This document shows, piece after piece, positions 53,316-64,000 of a DNA stretch of 64,000 nt. Source of the DNA: Octopus bimaculoides (lineage: Eukaryota); assembly GCF_001194135.2 (NCBI RefSeq), contig NC_068994.1:59544865-59608864 (forward strand), in the 5' to 3' direction. Below the pieces are notes generated by a model. That model was not told the origin of the DNA and did not search any database. It saw only the letters and a program-made list of their open reading frames with translations. Both the position numbers and the translations under genes were made by a program. Positions within the stretch are counted from its first letter, which is position 1. Each line of letters opens with the position of its first letter.

Positions 53316-54367
53316 GTAGCTAATCTTTATGTTTATTTGTTTTCTTCTTTATATTAATTACCAATCCTCGCTTCTCATTATTTTGGTTCTTTCGGTGATG
53401 TGCTTGTAGCGCCGTCGGCAGAGCGCAACACATGTTTAATAACATTTCTTCCGTTTTTACGTTCTGAGTTCAAACCCCGCTGTTCATCCGTTCGGGGTCG
53501 ATGAAGTAAATACCAGTTGAACACTAGGGTCGATGTAATCGACTAATTCCAAACCCCACACATTTCAGGCCTTCTGCCTGTAGCATAAATGGTTATTATT
53601 ATTTTTATTTGATCGTCAGCACGCCGGACAAAAATATTTCCTCCGGCTCTTTACGTTCAAATGCTGCCGAGGTTGACTTTACCTTTTATGTTTTCGGGGT
53701 CGATGTAATCGATTCCCCATTTCTCTAAAAACTTCTGGCCTTGTGTCAAAATTCGAGAGATTTATTATTATTATTATTATTATTTTTATTATTGAGTGAG
53801 AGAGCAGTGCTTGCCATCAAAGTGATACTAGGGTACAAATCTACGAAGCCCAGTATACCCATCACGGCTACCTGTTTCATAAGGGTACCCCAGGCACATG
53901 CAACACCCATATCTGCTTGACATGGTGATCTCATATCAAGATAAACAGAGCATGACCTAGAATTATTATTATTGTTATTGCTATGTGTTCGTCTATGTTG
54001 TGTTTTATATGTGGGTGTCAGTTTATTGGTTAGTGATTGTATTGCGTTAATTGTTTGGGGTGGGTTCCAAAGAAGGGCGGGGTTGTGGTATCTTTTTATT
54101 GCATAAGCATTGTAAAGGATTTGTATAGTGCACAGAGTAAATGGCTCGTGTTTTAAGTATGTGCTATACACACAGACACACAGGATATATATATNNNNNN
54201 NNNNNNNNNNNNNNNNNNNNNNNNNNNNNNNNNNNNNNNNNNNNNNNNNNNNNNNNNNNNNNNNNNNNNNNNNNNNNNNNNNNNNNNNNNNNNNNNNNNN
54301 NNNNNNNNNNNNNNNNNNNNNNNNNNNNNNNNNNNNNNNNNNNNNNNNNNNNNNNNNNNNNNNNNNN

Positions 54368-54398
<31 letters not shown>

Positions 54399-54989
54399 AT
54401 TTTGGGACGATCATTTTTTTTCTTGCCGAATAAACACACGCACTGTATATTTGTTCTTCCCTCGTTTATTACTGTTCTTATTTTGACTCATGTCCATTGT
54501 CCAGAAATCTTTCGTCATACATCTGTGACCTCTTTCCGCGCGCCCCCCCCCCCACACACAGTATGTGTCCTGTGAATAGGGTATGTGCTGTGTTCAATAG
54601 TGTATGTGTTGTGCTGTATGAAAGAGTCTTGTATAAAATGTGTCCTGTGCCGAGCTGGACCGAGTTTGTCCAATATAAAGTTGATTGTCCAGTGTGATTT
54701 GCATATTTTTTCTCATATTTTCTAAATGAAGCCTGGAGGGCTCCAAATAATGTCGAAGGTGTTCTATTTGAAAGCCTCATTTTCTGATAATTTCAAGATC
54801 CTTACATGTTGAGGGATCCTGTGCCTCATTCTTGAAAACGTTTTGGTCAAAAGGGACCGGTATACCTATTACTAGACTGGAGTAAACACTTTTTGTTTCA
54901 CACTCTTTTTTTTCTTTTCTTTTTTGACCGACCAATCTACTTCGACCTCCGTGTTCCTAACACGGATAAGAATTCCCCAGATCCTTCTG

Positions 54990-55180
54990 CTCGTGTTGTT
55001 GTCATGTGTTTGCCGGATGCTTGTGCTTCTCATTGCCACCATCCAGTTGGCAACGCTGCATCATTGCTCAGTGAACAAGCTGCTAACTCAGTCTGGTTTC
55101 TGAATATAGCCAGGGTTGGCAAGGTCTGCTCAGCCACGAATGATGTGCTTAACCGTTTCGTTGAATTGGTGGCATAGTTT
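54990..55180 (-). mobile_element. R4/Dong-like CCHC fragment
   Basis: LCHQFNETVKHIIRG*ADLA..GYIQKPD*V, like RLC..FNETVDHIISGCPVLA.TEY..RHD.V. Confidence 0.55.
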
Positions 55181-55434
55181 TATTATTATACTTTTCTAGG
55201 TATTGTGCAGCTGAAATAAAAATTTCTGTTTCTATTCGTTTAAGCCATTGATGCCCTTCCGCCTCGCATACTTCCACCCTGCCGAGTTTTGTGACATTTT
55301 CGTAATGAAATGACTTTCTCTTTTTCCTTCTTGTATTTTGTAATTCCGTTTTGTCTTTTCTATCAATATTTTCTGTTCGGTTTTATTTAAACAGTTTTCT
55401 TCTACCAAAGTAGATTCCAGTTTCTGCTTTATTT

Positions 55435-55848
55435 CTTTATTACTCTTTACTCTTTTACTTGTTTCAGTCATTTGACTGTGGCCATACTGGAGCACCGCCT
55501 TTAGTCAAGCAAATCGACCCTAGGACTTATTCTTTGTAAGCCTAGTACTTATTCTATCGGTCTCTTTTGCCGAACCGCTAAGTTACGAGGACGTAAACAC
55601 ACCAGCACCGGTTGTCAAGCGATGTTGGGAGGACAAACACAGACGCACAAACATATACACACACAAATACATATATATATATACATATATACGACGGGCT
55701 TCTTTCAGTTTCCGTCTACCAAATCCACTCACAAGGCTTTGGTCGGCCCGAGGATATAGTAGAAGACACTTGCCTAAGATGCCACGCAGTGGGACTGAAC
55801 CCGGAGCCATGTGGTTCGTAAGCAAGCTACTTACCACACAGCCACTCC
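55435..55848 (-). mobile_element. tRNA-derived SINE family A, near full length
   Basis: Box A TGGCTGTGTGG and box B GGTTCAGTCCC, body, internal microsatellite and (TAAAAGAG)-like tail. Other copies or halves lie at ~18610-19112 (+) and ~25715-26055, 38455-38610, 47605-47775, 50860-50975, 56065-56250, 57945-58125 (all -). Confidence 0.85.
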
Positions 55849-56689
55849 AACGCCCATTGCGAAATTTTTTTATTTTTTAATTTTCTTTCCCCAGTTTCTT
55901 TATTGCACAAAACAAAGTTCTCCTTTCTTTCGAAAGATTCCTTTACTCTCTCTGTTCTTATCTTCTGATAATTTTCTATTTTGTGTCAGATCTAGTTGTT
56001 AGTCTGTGCGCATGCGCAAACGTGTGTAAGATCCTTTATGTTTATCTTTTATTTGTTTCCGTCATTAGAATGCGGCCATGCTGGAGCAACGCCTTGAAGA
56101 ATTTTTTAGACAAATGAATTGATCCCAGTACTTTTTTTAAGTCGGGTACTTATTCTATCGGTCTATTTTGCCGAACGGTTAAGTTACGGAGACGTAAACA
56201 CACCAACACCGATTGTCAAGTGGTGATGGGGGACAAAAACACAGACTCAGTGACACGTGTATGTATGTGCATATATATATATATATATATANNNNNNNNN
56301 NNNNNNNNNNNNNNNNNNNNNNNNNNNNNNNNNNNNNNNNNNNNNNNNNNNNNNNNNNNNNNNNNNNNNNNNNNNNNNNNNNNNNNNNNNNNNNNNNNNN
56401 NNNNNNNNNNNNNNNNNNNNNNNNNNNNNNNNNNNNNNNNNNNNNNNNNNNNNNNNNNNNNNNNNNNNNNNNNNNNNNNNNNNNNNNNNNNNNNNNNNNN
56501 NNNNNNNNNNNNNNNNNNNNNNNNNNNNNNNNNNNNNNNNNNNNNNNNNNNNNNNNNNNNNNNNNNNNNNNNNNNNNNNNNNNNNNNNNNNNNNNNNNNN
56601 NNNNNNNNNNNNNNNNNNNNNNNNNNNNNNNNNNNNNNNNNNNNNNNGTTTACCACACAGTCACGCCTTTTGTGTCTATAAAAGAGTAA

Positions 56690-56992
56690 AAACTTCCTTC
56701 GGTCATGACTGACCATGGGATTGAACCTAGAAAGTTAACTTCCGAGGTACAAGTCTGGATAAGATTGTTTTTTGGAAGACCAGCAGTCGCCCATGCATAC
56801 CAGCCTCCCCTCTCCAGTCTACTGATGTTATCCAAGGGAAAGGCAAAGGGGCCGATACAGCTTGGCACCAATGACGTTGCAGCTCATTTCCACAGCTGAG
56901 TTAACTGGAGCAATGTGAAAAAAAGGGTCTTTCTCAAGAACACAACCTCATGATTGTGAGCCCGACACTCTAACTACTGAACCATGCGACTT
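56690..56992 (-). mobile_element. tRNA-derived SINE with Meta-like central domain (internally deleted head)
   Basis: Minus: gcatggttcagtagttagagtgtcgggctc...gttgtgttcttgagaaagacc...ttcacattgctccagttaactcagctgt, followed by a LINE-like tail. Confidence 0.55.
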
Positions 56993-58179
56993 CATGTGTC
57001 TATACCAACTTTGTAACGGTAACTTCAGAACGTTGTGATTTGATTGCTTCTTATAAATAAGTAAATATATTTGTCACATACCAGTTATAAATATAAGAAA
57101 TAGAGATAAATAAATAAATAAATAAATCCAGATAAAGGGTACGGAGACAGACAACTTAAAAAGCGAACCCATAGACACATACAAACATTCAGAATAACTT
57201 CACAAACTGCCGCGCGCGCGTGTGAGTGCACATCCGTATTAACTTACGCCATGCCAAAGATATTTCCTCTTCGTAGTCGCTCGACATGCCAGAAATAGCA
57301 GCCAATTCTCCATCCACTCCCATCCTACTTAACACACGCGACACACGAATCGCAGATTCGTTTATATTTGAGAACGAAATGAAATGTTTACCGCTGAAAC
57401 GCCTTCAACACTGGGTCTGATGACATGGGTTCGGCCTTGAGCTAAAAGTCAACAACAATAACAATATGCGTATCAAACATTGTAATATATGCGTATCAAA
57501 CATTGTAAACAACCATCCAATATGCCACAATAACCATCTCGGGGGGGGGGGGGCACTGATGATGCAAGTACGGTGTGGGCAACTTGCTGTCTGACCTTAT
57601 CTCTTTTAACTTTTAAACTCTGTCTAATTAGGATTTTTTCTTTAAATCTTAAACCTTTCTTTACCCTGTGTGTATATATGTATATAATTTTATATTTATA
57701 TATTAACAAAACAGATTTACACACAGTAGAAAGACACAGAAAATTAGGGGAAGGGGTATGGCATTACAAGTCTGACAGCTGTTTCTGGGAGCTCGGAATT
57801 ACGTAATAATGTTGGCCATATGTAGCCAACCTAATAGAAAAGATCTTCGTTTAGGACCAGTCTAGGAATCCCACAGATGCATGATCTTCCTGAACACCAA
57901 AAGCAAGCGTTGTCTTTAGCTGTCGTCCTGCGGGTCCCAGCCCCTCTCGCTCTGCGGCCATGCTGGGGCACCGCCTTCAAGTATTATTAATCGAATGAAC
58001 CGACTGCAGTACATTTTTCAAAGCCTAATATTTATTCTATCGGTCTTTTTTTACCGAACAGCTAAGCTACGGGAACGTAAGCAAAGCAACACCTGTTATC
58101 AAACGGTGATGGGAGACAAACACACACACGGGTATATATAAATATACATACACACGCATATATATATACGTGTGTGTAC

Positions 58180-58233
<54 letters not shown>

Positions 58234-59491
58234 ACACTCACTCATATCGAACAGCATGAATGAATGCTCAGCACCGCATTGGTCGATAAATATTCTTTAT
58301 TTGATTGTTAACAAGGTTATCAATGGTTTTCTGTAAAGAGGAATTTCTTGATGATTATCAAACCAGCCACTTTGGAACGTTGGTACTCGTCTTCACCTTC
58401 GATCAAAATCGGAACGAGAGCTAACGTTTCCACGTGGCATGCTCAATAATTGTTAAGATATTCCTGTTTTTACATGAAACCATTGGTAATCTTGTTAACT
58501 CACAGATAAAATATATATGCCCAATACTTATTTTATTTTTGTATTAATTCAATATAGTGACCACTTCTCTGCAGTACTTCTTTTTACCGGCAATGGTGGT
58601 TTGATTTTCGTGTTTCATAAAGACTTTGACGTCACAGTCAACTAAATAAATTTAAGATCCATTAATTTATTTAAATTGATAACTAATTCAATAACTACAA
58701 TTACTTATTATATAACTATCACTTAGTTGAGAAGGCTTTCGTGTAAATTATAGAAGCTACTGTAGGGAACGTGAAATGTTTGAAATGACTATGAGACCAT
58801 TTCTTTTCTCCCATATTTATTCTTAATATGTTCCGGGAGATTCGGACGGGAATATGCTAATCGCTGTTGTGTTTCGTTACCGGAGAACAACTTCTCCTTT
58901 AAGACAATGAATGTTCATGACATACTCGATTCATTAGCGCTAGGACTCTAGGATGACCGGATATCAGCACAAACCAGAAAATAGTGTGTTCGTTGAAGTT
59001 AAAAACAAGGCCATCAGGTTATGTTTATTTTCGCCAAATCGTCGTTAATTAATTTCGTGTGTATTTAATCTTGAAGCAGATTCGAACTGCTTCTCCTTTG
59101 TCCCATCATTTCTCTCTCACTTCATCGACATTCGTTTAATTACTTTTACTTGAGATGAGTTGAAATAATCCGAGAGTTTCGAACGAAGACGGCAAACATC
59201 ATTGTTGAGAAACTATGACAATCATATTAAGATTAAGAGAATCATATGAGTTAATCCAGAAGCCATTTTCTTATTACTCTGTCTATGTTGTTTAAGTATT
59301 TGCGTTTCTCATTAATGTAATTCCATACAATTTTGTTCTTCAATTCTTTCACTAAACTATAGTGCCTTGGTGACTGTGGCGTAAAGACTTTACAAGAGAT
59401 TAACTTGCCCGCCATCTTAAGGTCTTATAACAGAATGGTTTGAAATGAGGGATTAATACCATCGGTAAATTTTCCTAACATGCCAAAAGTG

Positions 59492-59532
59492 TCTGATGAA
59501 GGCTGGAGGGTATATCAGCCCAAACGTTGTCA
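59492..59532 (+). ncRNA. Hammerhead-ribozyme-like core (probably inactive), flanked by 12-bp direct repeats
   Basis: CTGATGA-A-GGCTG(gagggtatat)CAGCC-CAAAC-gtt-GTC. Stem II is perfect, but G12 is replaced by C. Flanked by ATGCCAAAAGTG on both sides. Confidence 0.6.
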
Positions 59533-60419
59533 ATGCCAAAAGTGATTCATTTCTTATTTCTGGTCTATGTTTGGTGCAAAGATACAGAAGATTGCTTGTT
59601 AGACAAAAACTGATGGCTTATTTAGAATCAGCATCCCGAAATTCTTTCAAATCGCCATCATTTTATAGGGAACAAAACAAAAGGAAACTGTTACATAAAA
59701 CAAGGAGGAGAGGGATGGAAAGGAGGGGATGGAAAGGAGTGGGTGAAGGTCTAATTCTTGACACAGTGGCCTTCATTGACCTATTTTAAGGAAGTAAAAT
59801 AAAATGTGGAGTGGAAAATTTTGGATTTTCACTTATGTCTGAACAATAACTGTAACCTTGAACCCCTCCGACCCAACACTAATCTGAACCCTATCCCCAA
59901 CCCTCGCAATTATAATCCTTATTCTCACATATTTGTTAATTCTATATTTTCCATTAAAAGCCAAGTCTTAAGACACCACCTCTTTCCTCTCCCTCTGCCT
60001 CCTCCTTTTATTTTCTCTCATTTCCGACAATTGAAAACAGAGACATTTTGATATGTTACTTTCTAACACATCAGCCTCATATAATTCTCCATTGAACTTT
60101 TTAATTGAAATGTTCAGTTGACGTAAAGATCTTCTTTTTCCTGCGAGTGTGCTGCGTTGAATACTCGTGCAAATTGAGGCCAAAATTAAATATGATTATT
60201 GGCTTTAAATTCTAGCACAAGGCCTGCAATTTTGGGGTTAGGACCAAGTCGATTACATCGACCTCCACTGCTCAACTTACTTTATCGATCTCGAAAGGAT
60301 GAAAGGCAAAGTCGACTTCGGCAGAATTTGAACTCAGAACGTAAAGACAGATGAAATGCCGTTAAGCATTTCGTCCGGCGCGGTGATAACTCTGCCATCA
60401 CATCACCTTTGATAACTAC

Positions 60420-60715
60420 GTGTTTGTTCCTTCTCGAGCCATGCCTGGCTCATAAGGGCCGGTTTCCCGGTTTCATTGGCGTATAGGTTCCCGCACCTGG
60501 ACGGGACGCCAGTCCGTCTCAGGTGAGATGCAAGAGGAAAGAGTGAGAGAAAGTTGTGGCGAAAGAGTCAGCAGAAGTTCGCCATTACCTTCTACTGGAG
60601 CCGCGTGGAGCTTAGGTATTTCGCTTATAAACACACACATTGCCCGGTCTGAGATTCGAACCCGCAATCCTTCGACCGTGAGTCTGCTGCTCTAGACACT
60701 AGGCTATGTGCCTCC
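60420..60715 (-). mobile_element. SINE family C variant, directly adjacent to a family B copy
   Basis: ggaggcacatagcctagtg...gggttcgaatctcagaccgggc head; shares ccacaactttctctcactcttt with 37021-37375. Confidence 0.75.
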
Positions 60716-61679
60716 ACCTTCATAACTATAATAATTATAATTACGGGATTATTTTAGGTAACTAAACATTCATTTTCTTTTCTGTGCCGGTTGCAAAATG
60801 TGTGGGAGCGCGCAGATGCGCACTACCCTGAGAAAACGGAGCCCACATATCGTGTTATTTTCCCGCCTTTTATTTCCCAACCATGTTGAGGGCCTCTGGC
60901 GAAGCCGTAAACAAATCTACGACTTTGTTCCTCGGCTATTTAATGCTGTTTGAGGTAGAAAGTACAGGAAAGAAATAATCACAATTGTTCTAAAACATTA
61001 CAATCGGGAATAATTGAGAAAGCGAATGGTTTTTGAGTAAGGCACAGTTTGTTGTCACTCCAGTTTCTATTCCTGATAGTTTCAATGTGGATTCGTCTGT
61101 GAAAGCAGCTGTCAAACTGACAAGTACTACCTCACCCCACCCAAATGTTCAGGAACAGTGTTTGGCCATCTCCTATTTTACTAATGAGGAGATAAACTAG
61201 AGTTTACATCGATAGTCTTCCTTCTGCAAGGCTCAGATTTATCAAAATTATTAATATAAAAAGAAACCGTCTCATACGCAGCAACTTATTCACCCCTTTT
61301 CAATCATCACGGACCCCGTCAAGAAGGCTGGTTCACAAGATGAGAAATAAGATGAGTTAATGCCATTTAGAAATGCATGAACGTCTCAGAACTACATAAT
61401 TTATGTCAGAAGGGTTGATATCACGTTAATAAGATAAATTTTCTGGTCACGAAAGACTATGGCATTGTTGACTGGCAAGATTAATATGTTCGCCCCGGTT
61501 ATCACGAGTGTACGTGAAGGAGAATAAATGATTTCTTTATCAGACACAAGAGAAAAAAAGATCATGGAGGGTGGGGATGGTAGAATTGGTGAAGCACCGT
61601 TGTAAATGCCTCCAACTAATTAAAAATTTTCATTTTGAGTTGGAATACGGTCGCAGTTGATTTTTACGTTTTGTCTAAT

Positions 61680-61990
61680 GGCGGAGATCGACAAACCGAG
61701 GACTGTGGTCAACCAAATTTATTTTAAGACCTGACTGAAAACTCCATGATTTGAAAGCAATGATTAGCTTTAGTAGAGATCTGATTGGTTGCGGAGAATA
61801 GTCTTTCCAAGAAGTTAATTTGGCTAACATCTTTAAATAGTCTTGTAGACATTTCAAGTTTAACTGTATGGAGGCGTTTGAATCGAAGAATTTCTGCCAT
61901 TTTTCTTGATATGTCAAAGATAGAGTATTTCGCAATTCTTCTGTGTTGTCATATTTGGAATCAGAAACTCTTCCATTTATCCCCATCGAA
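61680..61990 (-). mobile_element. Possible hAT (Buster/ZBED5-like) C-terminal remnant
   Basis: FKDVSQINFLERLFSATNQISTKANH...SPRFVDL weakly recalls the hAT dimerisation region; heavily decayed. Confidence 0.35.
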
Positions 61991-62139
61991 CCGTCTTCAT
62001 GTCAAAACAAAAACAAAGAAAAAGAAAAACGGTAAAATTGTTGGTAGTGCTAGTGTTTGTCGCAGTAATTATGGTAATGATTATGATGGTGGTGGTGGTG
62101 TTGGTGAATTGATGACGATAATGATTATTTATCTTTCAG

Positions 62140-62212
62140 CCAAAACCTGGCGTGAGGAAAGGACCAGATGCTATGAGAAAACATGGTTTAATCGAGAAGC
62201 TGAAGGAACGAG
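62140..62212 (+). CDS. arg: Arginase, coding exon 2 (gene continues beyond the window)
   Basis: tttatctttcag|CCA...CGA G|gtacgc; 73 nt, phase 0 to 1; PKPGVRKGPDAMRKHGLIEKLKER. Aligns with human ARG1 exon 2 ([24 protein letters not shown]), which has the same 73-nt length and phases. Confidence 0.9.
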
Positions 62213-62589
62213 GTACGCCATTATTCGTATCTTTGTTTGTTTCATTTATTGACGTTGAAAGACGACGACGACGACTCGACAAGATGACGGACAGATTATT
62301 GCGATGGTTAGTTTAATTCCACTTGGATCAGCATTGATCTCTCGATAGAATCAATACCATTTGAAGTATTATATCGATATAATCAACTATAACCCCTACC
62401 CGCATAAGAACGGCCATTAAATGAAGACCCACGAGAGGCAAAACTAACGAAAACAACTTATTCAATATTTCCCAAGGATTGGTCAATAACTTGATTGTGG
62501 AATTCTGTAGACGGAAACTGAACGGAAGCCCGGACCACTGAGCTCAACACATTTTTTTTCATTCTCTCTTTGTTTATTTCCTCTTATTC

Positions 62590-62625
62590 CTTTTTGTCGA
62601 AGAGCGTAGGCTCGAAACGTAAAAG
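62590..62625 (+). ncRNA. Minimal hammerhead-like motif in a Penelope 3'UTR-like repeat (copy 2)
   Basis: CTTT-TTGTCGA-A-GAGC(gtag)GCTC-GAAAC-GTA-AAAG: stems I and II pair; the core deviates at positions 3 and 6. Confidence 0.4.
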
Positions 62626-62714
62626 ACTTTTCCATTTTTCCTGAGCGTTCAACCAGTACTCCTGCTAATTGTTCCAACACCCGTCTCCATCTTTTGTTTT
62701 TCTATAAATTTCAA

Positions 62715-62769
<55 letters not shown>

Positions 62770-63339
62770 CACACACACACATATGTAAAAATCAAAATTT
62801 TTGTGAAGGATTATAAACTTTCTATGATAAAAATTGTTGCACATTATATTAGCACCGACATACAAAAATTTAGCACATTAGATATACGTAAATACATATG
62901 CAATACGACAAAAAGTTAATAAATGAGAATAATGAATATAAATTAAACGGATATAATTTCATTTTGTCTTTGTCGTGCTGTATATGTGTAAAGTATAGTG
63001 TGTAGTTTTATATGCATCTAATGCAGTAAATGTATATATATTTACAGGAATGCAAGAATGTGGCAATTGTTATCATAAAAAAACTTGTAATTTTTCACAA
63101 AACTTTTTGATGTTTAAATTCTTTTACAATTCTGTGACAAGGAATTGATGTCAGTCTCAGAGACGACAGATCAGTTCAGAAAATCGAGACAGGCGACTTC
63201 GTAATTGAAACTGACGGTGATGAATTGTAGATTGATGTTGACAGTGGTGAGGGAGAAGCTCGAGAGAGAGAGAGAGAGAGGGGGGGGAGAGCAGACAAGA
63301 GAAGTGAGGTGAGGAAGATGTGTTATTGCATTCGTTTAC

Positions 63340-63800
63340 AGCTGTTTCATCTCAAAGATCAATAAATCAGCCGATAATACCAAAAGTATTACGTCATAAA
63401 TAAAATGGAGGTTTGCTAACTCAGGCAGGATTTAGTCTCTCCATAATGGTTTTTTTTCTTTTGCTTATTCGACCTATGACAGATTTTGTTGGGCATATCA
63501 AACGTACAGAGCGATTAAAGGAGAGGTTGGGCTTATGGTCCACGAGGTAAATTCTAGGTGATTTAAATGTAAGAGCATCGTTCCTATCATCGAGATTTAG
63601 AGGCGTAAGTCGAATAAGCAAAACCATTATAGATAGAATTAATACTGTCCTAGTTAGCAATTTTCCACTCTGCTTATGATCCAATCCTTCTAATATTATT
63701 GAATGGTTTAAACGAATGTAATAAACATCTACCCTCTCACCTCGCTTCTCTCACCTCGATTCCATTTATATAGATTCTTCCCATCAGTGTATCTGTTGGA
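63340..63800 (-). mobile_element. Penelope-like (Neptune-type) RT N-terminal fragment in arginase intron 2
   Basis: LNLDDRNDALTFKSPRIYLVDHKPNLSFNRSVRLICPTKSVIGRISK (cf. LNLDDRI..LA...AFITLKDHKPNF..NP.CRLINP.KSEIG.ISK). Confidence 0.75.
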
Positions 63801-63956
63801 TTTTCAGAACGACGCGAAGGTTCATAATAGCCTCAACCACGGTCATTCATGTTAGCCACGCACTTGGTGGAGAGCTTGATGTAAGATCTGCTTGATTCTT
63901 CAAATTGATATATACATGCATATGTGTGTGGTGGGGTGTGCAGATAGATGGACATA

Positions 63957-64000
<44 letters not shown>

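Noticed and set aside
56007-56018. Perfect NRF1-like palindrome TGCGCATGCGCA
   Set aside because: Expected by chance in purine-pyrimidine repeat-rich DNA; intronic, with no promoter context.
7754-56716. Long ORFs (150-430 aa) in the ORF track spanning N runs
   Set aside because: They are artefacts: X codons from assembly gaps suppress stop codons.
57391-57440. GAAAC...CTGATGA arrangement resembling a type-II hammerhead
   Set aside because: Stems II and III cannot pair.
18610-60715. Box A/B-containing heads as tRNA genes
   Set aside because: They are multi-copy, diverged and fused to SINE bodies and tails, with no complete cloverleaf.
60790-60960. ATG at 60883 (MLRASGEAVNKSTTLFLGYLMLFE|gtagaa) with a GC-rich upstream motif, as an alternative arginase first exon
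   Set aside because: Splicing to exon 2 would delete the conserved first strand and GQ motif. The exon at 53271 fits far better. Not excluded as a minor non-productive exon.
63048-63230. Candidate arginase exon 3 acceptors at 63048 and 63142 (GIDV...)
   Set aside because: Both hit in-frame stops before any donor and lack DxGD and GGDHS, so exon 3 is probably outside the window.

Overview
Eukaryotic genomic DNA from a gappy draft assembly: about 20 N-gaps (~8 kb), mostly bordered by simple repeats. The very high microsatellite density and the tRNA-derived SINE families suggest an octopus-like cephalopod (inference). Two host genes were assembled by hand from splice signals and point away from each other. 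(1) A complete 3-exon, minus-strand, 166-aa GPI-anchored Ly6/three-finger (quiver/sleepless-like, scoloptoxin-05-like) gene: join(12130..12067, 4284..4111, 3545..3283). (2) The first two coding exons of a plus-strand arginase (53271-53315, 62140-62212), which are too short for the ORF track; the rest of the gene lies beyond the window. The remainder is decayed mobile DNA: Penelope-like elements, R4/Dong-, RTE- and L1/Tx1-type LINE pieces, Tc1, mariner and hAT relics, a probable solo LTR, many SINEs and two long fold-back palindromes. I found no convincing new multi-gene system. The most unusual signals are several hammerhead-ribozyme-like motifs, including a 41-bp hammerhead core flanked by a 12-bp direct repeat in arginase intron 1, and a head-to-head inverted Penelope element just upstream of the Ly6 start codon. 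Family assignments come from manual translation and remembered motifs, not database searches, and repeat boundaries are approximate.
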